Source of the DNA: Octopus vulgaris
Lineage: Eukaryota
Length of the DNA stretch: 64,000 nucleotides
Assembly: GCA_951406725.2 (NCBI GenBank)
Contig: OX597824.1
Span: forward strand, 65,658,001 to 65,722,000
Direction of reading: 5' to 3'
This document shows positions 14,501 through 26,500 of this stretch, one piece after another. The notes below the pieces were generated by a model. It was not told the origin of the DNA. It searched no databases and was given only the letters and a program-made list of their open reading frames with translations. A program made the position numbers and the translations under genes. Position 1 is the first letter of the stretch. Each line of letters begins with the position of its first letter.

Positions 14501-17500
14501 GGCATATTGTCCAGCACTCTACTGATTCTGCCACTACTCTACTCTTGGTGCTAATAACAATGATAGTAATAATATTTTTTCTTTCTTTCTTTCAAAATGC
14601 AGGAATGTTGGAGAAGGCAGTTTTCTATGCTGAATACCAGAGTATCAGTAGCACTGGAGTATCGGGTGAGTATTTTCTTGTATTCTGTATTTTGTTATAT
14701 GTTGTTGTCAGTACAGGTACGGAGGACAATCAGTTGTTTTGTTGGGGGGGGAGTTATTTTTTTAAAGTATAGTGCATTTAGGGCTGCATTTCCTAATGTG
14801 TCTCTCCTTTTTTAATGTGGTAAAATGTGATTTGAAGGAAATTTGGATGCTACTTCTTGTAGGCTGAGTGACTAAGTAGAGGCTCAGACTAATATTTTCA
14901 TTTGTAATTGGATGTAGTTATAGTGGTGTTGTCGAGGGAATTTTTTCTCTATTTCATTGTAGAGTTTAGTTTTGTCATCAGTAAAATAGAAAAAATTTTC
15001 TTATAAAAAAGGAAATTTTGTTTAGTTGCAAGGGAAAGACCAGGGCTTTTCTCCCCATTTTTGCAGCTTTACTTATGAATCCTTTTTATGATAGCATGCA
15101 CTTGACAGTGACATAAAAATGAAACTCATTATCAGATAAATAACCTGGAAGATAACTAACTATTGTGGGGTACTTTGCTCACATGCTCAGCATAATACTT
15201 GTAATAGAATTTTGAATATCTGACCATACAGTGAGCAGTTCAACCATTTAACCTTACAAACATTCTAGTTTCTTATAAAGGGCAAAATAAAGTAAATATT
15301 CATACAAGCAGTTTGTTTGGACAGATTACTTCTGTAATTTTAGTCATCACAAAAGTCTTAGTTGATCAACTTATTGTGTGGTTGGCCTACCCGTTGAATA
15401 GTTCAAAGTTTGTATGTCATTTACTCTGTGCTGAGTCTCCTCAGTTCATCTAGAGTGCTATTGGGAGGTATACCAAATTTTTACTTTAGTTGAGGTTGTG
15501 TACAATAAAGAGATGACACTGGTTCAGTACCACTAATTTCCAATCAAATCAATTCCATTAAATTCTCAGTACTTATTTTATTGACCATGTGAATGGAACC
15601 CAAAACATAGGGATAAAACTAAATATTGTCAAATAAAATTAAAACTTACTTGAAATTGTTCCCAATGTTTTTCTCTTTTAGTTCGAGGAGCAGTCATTTT
15701 TGCTGAGTTGGTTTCATGCTTCAAGCGGATGCTGGCTCGCATGCTAGTGGTCATTGTCAGTCTTGGTTTTGGTATAGTCAAGTAAGTATCATACAGTTTT
15801 TTTTTTTAACTTTTCATATTTTTCCTGTTTTTTAATACTAATTAAAGATTGAATGAAAGATTAAATATTTGAGTGGGTAAGGTTGTCATACATTTAACTT
15901 TAGCAGTACGAGATCAAATTTCCCTCTTTTTCTTCCTGTTTTTTTAATGGTTGAGTGAAGAAGAAAGAGTTGTGTTAATCTTTGCAAGTCCATCAAGACT
16001 GTTGAGATTGATGTAGTTTAAGTTCAGTTTAAATGTTGCAGATTTGTTGATGTCTGTGTGCAAAATATTTAAATCTACATATCCTTTTACTGTTTTCGGT
16101 CATGAGATTCTGGTTATCCAAGGGCAAAACTTTCAAAGCATGTAGTCAATTATATCAATCTCAGTATTATTCTAGTAATTTTTTTATTGATTCCTATTTA
16201 TTATATAGTTGAGTTAACCTAGTTTTAGGGAGTTACCTCCCTTTAATGATGTAAATATCTTTGTGTTAGTTGCACAGATATACAGACACACACTCACCAG
16301 ACACTTCTCTCTCCCTCTCGCTTTCTTTTTTTCTCTCTTTCACACACACACACACTTTCACTTGTTAAGTATTAGTTAACGATAGGCTATGGTAGAACCA
16401 CTCAGAGTTCAATAGGAGCTGTACTTGGTGTTGCTGGTACTGAACTCTGAATCACATGCTTGCCTTTACTCATGTTTTATTTCATAATTGGAAATTGTGT
16501 ACTATAAATTCTGAAGAAGTTACTTGGGGTGACCTAATATCTTATTGAACATTAATTTATCTCTCACCTAAACCATACAGAAACAATTACTCAACATTGT
16601 CAGTTCATTGTCTTGGCTATAGACATATCATAGTGATATGAACTGTTCTATCAATTCCTAAGACAGTAATCTTGGACCTTCTCAGTTCAGCTAACCATGA
16701 CTCTGTTTGTTGGAATGGCAGGACTATTCACCTGGAAGCACCACACAATGCTGTATATACTCCATTTCTTTCTTATTCAGTATCATTTTTTTTATTTAAC
16801 CTTGTACTATCTTTGTACATACATTCTACACTTTGTTTCATACTTCTTTTTTCTTGTCCCTATCACGTACATAAAGCGTATAGTCAAAATTTGACTCCTT
16901 TTCTATATTCTCCCTTGAAGGGACTTTATCTTACCCAATAATTCACTTTCCAAGAAACATACATCGTTGTCCATTTTCTCTACACTTATAGACCCCGACT
17001 TGGACTCACCTTTCACAAAGTCCTCTGTGTTGGCATGTTATACTTCATTTTGGCATCTATTGAAGGTTGCTTACGAGCCTTAAAGGTAAGTTATTTTGCT
17101 TCAAAATACTTTTAAAGACTGATTAACTTGAACGAAAATTCATGTCAGGTAGATGGGAGAACATTGGACAAAATACCTTGTGGGTATTTGGTTAAGTTTC
17201 TATAGATTCTGAATTCAAATCCTACTCTGCCTTCCATTGATAAAGTTGATTAAATAAGTATTAGGGTCAATGTAGTAGTAGTAGTTGTAGTTGTTGTTTG
17301 CCAAGACACACCCAACACCCTAGGGTAAGTGAAGGTTAAGAGATGTTGAATTGTAATTGAAAACCTGGGAATATAAAGTAGAGAGGGCAATTCAGAAATA
17401 CATTCATGTAATACAACACGATACAAACATTTAAATCGCTAGGGTTTTTCTAAGGACGCAGGTGGTATTTGTCAGCACAATCTTTTGGATTTCTTTGAAA

Positions 17501-20500
17501 TATGATTCTCTTGAGATGTTGTCTAATTGTTTCTGATATTTGTTTTTTATCATAGTGAGAGCACCTACAATAACAGGAACAGTTTTTGCTTTATGGTGCT
17601 GCATTTTTTGTATTTCACCTTCTAGATCCTTATATTTACTAAGCTTGTCAAATTTCTTTACAGATATAGTTTTATCAGTGGGGATACTTACATCTAGCAA
17701 TCTACAAGTATTTTCTTCACTGTATTTAATAATTATAATTATGTCTAGTTGATTAACCTAAACTGTTCTGTCAATTTTGACTGAAAAATCCCTAAGGATG
17801 GTGATATTTTTTACCTTCAACCACTGGCTCATGATGGTGTTCATACCAGTTGGTAGAAGTGACAATTTTGTAGTGCTTCCATATTTTCCAATGTTAATAC
17901 CATCCTACCCTATTGTTATTCATTTGGTGTTGGCACAGAAATAAGATGGTTTATTGTTTCATCAAATGTGTTGCAGAATCTGCCTTTTGGGTCAGTACCA
18001 TTATTAAGAACATTAGCCTAGTAATTTTTGGTAAACCTGCTTTGATCTTGTGTTTCCAGTATAAAGTCTTCAGTCTCTGTTTTCAATCATGAACTCTTCA
18101 GCCACTGATGGGTTGTTGCTTGATCAATGTCAGCATTTTGACTTCAAAGAGTATATTGTACATGCAAGGATTTCTGATTCCACCTCTCTTCAGTTTCTTT
18201 CTGCCCATTCTTTTTAGCAGTCTACTTGATTTGTTTTGCTAGTTTAGTAGCAGTGGTTTCAGATTCTTCATCTAACTCAGGATTAATGCCAAGTTCCCTT
18301 GTGAATTTACAAGCTTCCATGACAAACCACCACCACTATTGTTGTTGTTAATAATAATAACAATACTAATAATAATAAAAATAATAATAATAAGGTGGTG
18401 ACCTGGCAAAATCGTTAGCATGCCAGGCAAAATGCTTAGCGGCATTTTCTTTAACTTTAGCTGCTTCATCATTCAGTGAAGAAAATTGTTTTAACCACAG
18501 GATAGCCTTGATTGTAATGGATCTGTGAGAAAAGGGTGCTCCAGCCATGACCATGTTGTCTTATTCTTTTCTAGAAGTAATGAATTCCTATGCGAACATC
18601 ATAAGATAATATAAACTTGAATTTATTTTTCTTGAAGACAGAAATTTCATTTTTTTTTTTTGTCAGGAAGATTTAGTTGCTCTTTTTAGCAACTTGAGCC
18701 ACCAGGTAAAGGCTCTCTTGTTGCCTCGTCTTGTTCCCTTCGTCACCTGTTGCTTAGTCCTGAGTTGGATCTGATTGAGCAGATATGATCAAAGACATCC
18801 CAACTGTGACCATTCCATCTTTCTTCCCAGACATAATGGACTCTATATGTATATCACAGAATAGAGGTTTTTCTATTCTGTATATAAAGAAGTTTGGTTA
18901 CTTTTTCTAGCAGGTCATACAACCACATACAGGCTCTGTCGTTGGTCTGTCTCAGTAATAATTTTGTTGTTATTTAGCCTCAAATCAACCCTGATACAGC
19001 AAACCTATCATCAAAGACATTCCAGCCTTCAGCAAACCATCTTTTTAGGGATAATCTAGTACATTATGTATAAGGGGCATATGATTTAGGTAGGGGGATA
19101 CTTTGGTTGCTATTTTTAGCATGTCAAGTGACCAGGTGGAGGCTCTTTCATTGGTTCGATTGCGTAATGAGATTTTTCTACACATATGTATGTATATATA
19201 TCATCGGCAGAAGTTAGAGAGTAAGTCAGAAGTTGAGAGTGTCATGTATTGGCACTTATCAAACTCTAATTTGGCCATTGTCGCTCTGTAACTTCTACCT
19301 ATTATTTGTGTGCGTGCGTGCATGTGTGTGTATAGATTGATAGATAGAGAGATCCATACATACATACATGCATATATATTAACTCACTGAGGAAATAAGA
19401 AATTGTCTGATTTTATTTTTGTTTTTTTTTTCTTTGTTTTCTTCCACAGCCCAAGAGTGACCAATCTAAAGAACTGATGTTAGCCAATGTTCCTTTAGCT
19501 GTTGTTGATGCTGCTATTTGCTGGTGGATATCCTTTACCATAAGCAAATTCATTTTTAGATGTGTTTTTTGAATATTTTTTTAAGATTGAGATATATTAA
19601 AATATATTGCTAATTATATTGTAAGATTGAAAGATATTACTAACTTATTCTACTTGATCTCACAGCCAGTATACTCTTAACTTTCCTTCTCAACTATATT
19701 TAATGTACTGCTTCTAATTGCTAATGAAACTAATTTGTTGCTAACTCTTTACCCTCCATCATATGTAAATTTTCTTCCACTCTCAATAATATGATGTTAG
19801 TTAGGCCATGCGACATGTTGCTAAACTGGTATCCTCCACCAAAAGTTATCTTGAGTACAGTTCTATATTTGAGAGATGAGGAATTATGTACATTATTTAC
19901 ATTTGATGGATATTTGTCCTCATCTTGTTTGTTGTTAACACAACATTTTTGCTGATATACCCTTCAGCCTTCTTCAAGTGTCTTGGGGAAATTTCGAACC
20001 TGGGTTCTCCTTCCTAAGGTATTTTTCAATATTGTTGTTGTCATTGTTGCTGTTGCTGTTGCTCAGGTCACTGCTTGGAATCGAACTCAGAATCTTGGGG
20101 TTAGTAGCCCACGCTCTTAACCACTACGCCATATGCTCATGGGAATATGGCGTAGTGTATAGGTATATCAGCTGAAACATTGTGTTAACAACAAACAAGA
20201 TGAGGACAAGTATCCAAATGTAAATAATATTATCTTGAGTGTTTCACTCATGACTGTGAGATTGTGGTTTCAATTCCTGGATCATGTAGTGTGTTGTGTT
20301 CTTGAGCAAAACATCATTTCACATTGGTCTATGATCACTTTGAAATCTGACATGTGGTATACAGTGCATCTTGTTCAGGCCATGTCGATTTGATGGAAGG
20401 AGTGAGCTTGTGTACAGCACATACATTTGATCACTATAAACAAATCATCTGTGCAGGTTGTTCAGCAAGAAATTGCAGAACTGTCTTTTTCAGACTATGA

Positions 20501-23500
20501 GAGACTACCATCATTACATAGTGCTAATTACAACTGATTACACATGTAACTTACCCATTCTACTCATCCTGTTACTTATATGCAGTATTATTCTCCATGT
20601 ATTGCTAACTTAAAGTATTGATATGTTGGCAACTTGCTAACTTCAAAACCCATTGATATGTTACTAACTTGTCCTTACCTTTGCAATATGATGCTATGTT
20701 CCCTTTCCAAGTATAACATATATTAAACTACTGGACACTAAAAAGACAAAATATTTTTTCTTAATGTTTATACATTTTCTCTGGCCTTGTACAAACCACC
20801 AGAACACTGCGACTACGAAGAAACATAGTGAAGCTTTCACTCTATCGACATTTCACCAACACACTTATATTTGCAGTTTTGGGTAAGTAAAAATATCAGT
20901 CTGCTCTTTAAACCTCTTGTTACCATATTTCTGTTGAGATGCTCTCTGTTTCTTTCAATTAATTTTAAATATAACAAAGAATTTAGTAAAATAACTTATT
21001 TATCATTAAGCTAGTGTTAGGAACATAAATTCTTATTAAGGTTTGGTAGAAGATTTTAATTCAGAACTTTTGAAAACAAGACATTTGTATTACAGAGTCA
21101 GAGGCAGTTTCATCTTGGTTGGTATCAAAAGGGTTAATGTCACCATCATAGTCTTATTCACAGCAGAGTTTTCAAGTTTTTTCAAGCAAATTGAAGGAAT
21201 TGTGTGATTAGAGAAAACTTTGAGTGAATTGTTCAGGAGAAGGACCATCAGTTGTTAAAGTTGGTTCATTCAGAAATCACAATAACTCATAGTCACAGTT
21301 TAAATTTGTTTTTTGTTGTATTACACATTTGTCATGAATCTTCTCTATAAAGCAAAATAGTAGTTTGAATCACTATCTGCCCGTTGTTGGATAGTGAAGT
21401 CAAACCTTGATATATTTCTCAGTAGAACACTTTGTATTATACCTTGACCTAGTAAAACCATTTGGGATAGGTTATCAGATCATCTTATAATGTTATATCT
21501 AGAGATACATTGATGTCTCATCTAATTAACTCTTAATACCATGTTACCATAGCTCCTAAATACTGGCTCTCAAAAGCCCTTCAGGACTTAAGAAGAATGA
21601 TAGGACCTTTGTCTATCACAAGCAATTTTCTCCTAATCCATAAGTTGGTAGTTTGTTATTCATCTGTTTTATTTCTATTAAACCTGTTTGTTTCAGTAAT
21701 TTTTATTGTTCTATAATGTACAAGTGGTTGTCTGTCAAGGGTTTGTCCTTATCTCTTTACTTTTCATTCATGTCATTAAGGCAACCTCTGTATGATTTAA
21801 CATATGTTTACATCATATTTGACACCATTGTAGATATGTGTCACCATTGAGGTTCATTATATCTATTATCATATCAAAGAACTCTATGTATTTATGATCC
21901 ATATTGACAGACCAATAGCTATATTCATATTAGAAGATACTATACTGATATATTTATATTGAGGACATCATATAGTTTTGACTATATTGGTGAACTTTAT
22001 ATGATTAACATCTCTACTGAAGGACACCATATTTTAAGCCTTTAACTGTTAAATTAGATTTCATGGTTATTCCAGTAATGGTGTTAAATATCTACCAAAA
22101 AGTAGGATTGGGATTTTCTGAAAATCACATTGCCTTAATAAACTTTACATAGCTCAAAAGAAACTACTTTGAAATATGACATTCCTCAACTAAAGAGAGA
22201 TTGATATATAAAACTACTTTCTACAGTTAATAGTAATGAATTTTTGAGTGGATATGTCTGCTCTCGACAGTAAAGTGGTTAATGTCTATGATGTGAGACA
22301 CCATATATGCCTCCATCTTGAGGAAAAGAGACACCATAGATTTATATTCATTTCTGATAATACTGTACAATCAATAGGGGGACCACATGACAGCTTTGAG
22401 AATGATTCAAGTTGTTCAGTTAATGAAACCACTTCAGCCATTTCAGTAGAGTAAAACAACAACATTTATGTAATTACATAATTAACATACATACAATGCA
22501 TTAATTTAGAAGTGATGGGTTACCTATTTCTTCAAAAGAAAACATGCAAAATGGAAATCAAAATGCTGTTACTAATTTAAATATAAATGGAATAGAAAGG
22601 AGAAAAAGACAGAGAGAAGAGTCAATCTGAGGCTATAGTAAGATTCTTGCTGAATGTGCTGCACAATCGGATTGAAACTGAAACTTTGTGATTATGAAGT
22701 CAACATTTTCAGCATTAAGACATGTGTTTGCACTCAATACAGTTATATCCATCTTAGATGATACGATTGTTCCATGTTAGGAAGTGCCATACAATTTTTG
22801 TCTTATGTAAGTTGTGACATCAACTTGAAACTAATATTTCACTCTATTTGTTGCAGCGTCCATATCCTACATGGCTTGGTCAATATCCCAGCACAAACTC
22901 AAGTTCTGCCTTACAGTAAGTCTTTCAATTAACACCTTCATTATATTTATCCAGAGTTGTTTTTGTTGTTGCTTATTAAGCTCAGCCCTCATTATTGTTT
23001 ATTTAGACCAGCCTTCTTTGAGCAGACTTAGAATCAAAGGCATTCTAGCTGTGATCAGCCAGACCATTTTCATTTGGGCTAACTGCATTACGTAAAATAT
23101 AAGTTCATAAAGTGTGATTCTAGAAGGAATTGGCTATTATTTCTAGTAGTTTATGTAATCATGTAGATATTCGCATGTTGATCAGGGCTGATGTTGTTTA
23201 ACCTTAGTTCTGGTCAAGCAGGCATGGTCAAGTCAGTCTAGCTGTTACCATCTCAAATTTATGGCTAGGACTACATTGTCCAGTTTGTCTTCCATCTTTA
23301 AAGATGTTTGAGTGTGATTTGAGGAAGTTTTTGCTACTATTTCTAGCAAGTTAGCAGCTGTGTAGAAGCTTCTCTGTTGGCCAAAATAACTGAAAAAAGA
23401 TCTACCAGAAATGTATTTCTCCTTGCGATTGAAGGAAAGACATCACCTTTTACTGATTCACTGATCTGCACATTTAATTTCTACTGTAAATATTGTATTG

Positions 23501-26500
23501 TGCCTTATTTTATAACTTCATTTATAACATAGTATCTGCAGCAAATACAGATACTATGTACTCAATACTTAGTATATACTATGCTCAATACTTAATATTG
23601 GACATATATTGTGCCTATGAAAGACATCAAGTTTGTTATGAAAGCTAGTTGAACTTTCTCATGAGCATAGATAGCTAGTGGTACCACAATGAACATGTAG
23701 ATGTATAATTTCACTTCCATTGGAAAACTGCTGCAGCTTTCCTGAGTTTCGTCCAAACATTAATTTCATCATCATTGTCACTAGAAATATTGTTTACAAG
23801 ATATGGAAATTTTATTACTTGTCACACACTATGTTTTTGCATTTAATGTAGATATTATTTCCTGTACAGTTTCTACTACAATGTTATCAGCAAAGTTTAA
23901 GCATCCACAGATACACATAACCACACAAATACTGACTCTTACATGTTTGTATGTAAATAAACTAGTATCAGTGATGGTTGCAAAGGGACATCCTAACAAT
24001 CTGTAAAAGGGATTTGTTATGACTGTAAGTAATGATGTTTGTTTTTTATTTGCTTTAAAGGATTGGCGAGAATTGTGGGTTGATGAAGCCTTTTGGCATC
24101 TGCTGTTTTCTGTGCTGCTCTTGGTTATTATGATTTTGTGGAGACCCTCTGCAAATAACCAAAGGTTTGTATTTTACATCATTATTCCAGCTTTGTTTAT
24201 TTTGGCTATTGCTATTGAATTGTAGTCCCTGTCATCTGTAACTAAGCAGACCAGTAACATAGATGTTTATTTTTAGATATGTTGTGACTTCTTTCTCACT
24301 ATATCTCTAATACTATTGCTTTTATTGGTATATGGAGCAAAGTGTGGAAACCTAAACATTTTATGTCTTGTACAGTATGATTTTATTAACCTCAACCTTA
24401 GTGACTAGATGCTTTGACTCTACATGTTCCAGATAGCATAAAATACATCACATTTTTAGGTAGCAACTTATTACTAAACTTAAAGAGTACATGTATATGG
24501 TATATTTGGGTAAATTCCCTTAGAGTCTTGATTAAAAAACATATGAAATTGTTTTGTATATTCTAGATATGCCTTTTCTCCATTGCTCGATGCTGAAGAT
24601 GAAGATGATGACGATACTGTTATGAACGATGCTTTTGGTCAGTATAAACTGATTTATTTTTGTTGTTGCTTTTATTCTTCTTCATTTAGTTTTTGTTCTT
24701 CATTTGTCAAAGAAGAAAGGGTATGTCCCTTAACCTTTGAGAGCTTTCCTTGATTAAGCTGTGATTAGATAAGCATTACTTGTTAAAATAGCCAGAAGTC
24801 TGCTTTTCAAGTTTCAATTGATACTTAATTTATCTTACTTTTTTCTGTTAGCCTCTAATTCTCAGTTCTGTCCCTTACAGATGGTATGAAGATGAGAGGA
24901 GCTAAACCTCTTTCGAATGGATCTCCAAAACAGAAAGATTCCAAAAATAAAGCAGTAAGTTTCTCTAATATTTTTAAATATTTCATACTCTTTCAGGGGT
25001 TGCATTTAGACACTTATTATTATATATTTTATATTACAACTAATGAACTACAGTGTCGTTAGTTACAGATTTCTAATGATCCAGTTAATGGTTCATTGCA
25101 TTCTCACAAGAGTGACAAAGGTGTGTCTGTAAGAAATTAAGAAGTACATCAAGGGACTTCATGAAGCATAGTTGTTTTTTTTAAATTTTGATTTCTCATC
25201 AATGGTTATTCCTTCAACTATATACATTGGCAAAAATTACACGCATACACATACTCTCATATATAAAATATACTGTTCCATTATTGGTAGGATCAATTAA
25301 AAAAGTTCTCCATCCAGTGAAAGACAACATTTAATGTACACAAGATTTAAATTCAAGTTATTAATTTCATGCCTCTGGAAAAACAATGGCTGGACAAACT
25401 TGTATAGCATGCCACATATTTCCAAGCAACTATTTACACTCTAAAATACAGCATATTATGTGTTGTATTTTAGAATCTTAGGTTTTGGTCAACTTAAGAC
25501 TATGATATAAGGCACTTACCCAAGGTGCTGTGTAGTGTAAGCAAACCTGGAGCTATATGGTTGTGAAACAAACTTCTTAATTATACAACCATGTCTGCAC
25601 TCAGTTTCTTACAGGAATCATTGGAGCTGGTGGTTTGTTGTTCTTACATTTCTGTTTTAACACTAACTAGTCAATGAATGTAATAAATTAAATATTTGTT
25701 GTTTCTTTGGTGATATATGCAATATGAAATATTAGTAGTTATTAATATGCAATATGAAATATTAGTAATTAAAATTGTTATTATAATGAACTTAACTCTG
25801 ATATCTGACAAATGTGTAGTTAAGGGATTACTGGACAGTGTACTATTATAACTAGGAATCAAGTGTGGAAAAGTTTCATTGCAGTCAGTATGTTCAGTTA
25901 GAATTTCTTTATTGAGGTTAGCCTTTTTATGTAAGTTGTAAGAAGGTTTTTTTTCTTTTCTTTTTTTTCTGGAGGAAAGTAAATCTGCCCGTGTCCTTTT
26001 GCATGTCCTTTAAGACTAATGAGTTCAGTGTGGTTCATGTTCTTCATTGAACAACTCCAAGAAAAACGTTTAGGCCAGCCAGATCAGCTCTGATCTAAGC
26101 AAGCGGCCTGTGATCAAAACCATTCCAGCTTTGATCATCCTGCCACTTTTTTTTCAGATACAGTGTTCTATATTATCCCATGTATTCTTCCTTCACAGCT
26201 AAGATAGAATGTAAGGCAGCGAGCTGGCAGAAACGTTAGCATGCCGGGCGAAATGCCTAGCAGTATTTCGTCTGCCGTTATGTTCTGAGTTCAAATTCCA
26301 CCGAGGTGGACTTTGCCTTTCATCCTTTCGAGGTCAATTAAATAAGTACCAGTTATTCACTGGGGTCAGTATAATCGACTTAATCTGTTTGTCTGTCCTT
26401 GTTTGTTCCCTCTGTGTGTAGCTCCTTGTGGGCAGTAAAGAAATAAGATAGAATGTGATTTGAAGGATATTTCAAATCACATTTCTGGTAGGTTGTCTAC

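Noticed and set aside
20060-20135. tRNA gene
   Set aside because: A/B boxes are present, but there is no proper acceptor stem and it continues into a SINE body.
25712-25770. ~30-bp direct duplication (ATATGCAATATGAAATATTAGTA x2)
   Set aside because: A simple local slippage in AT-rich intron, with no further structure.
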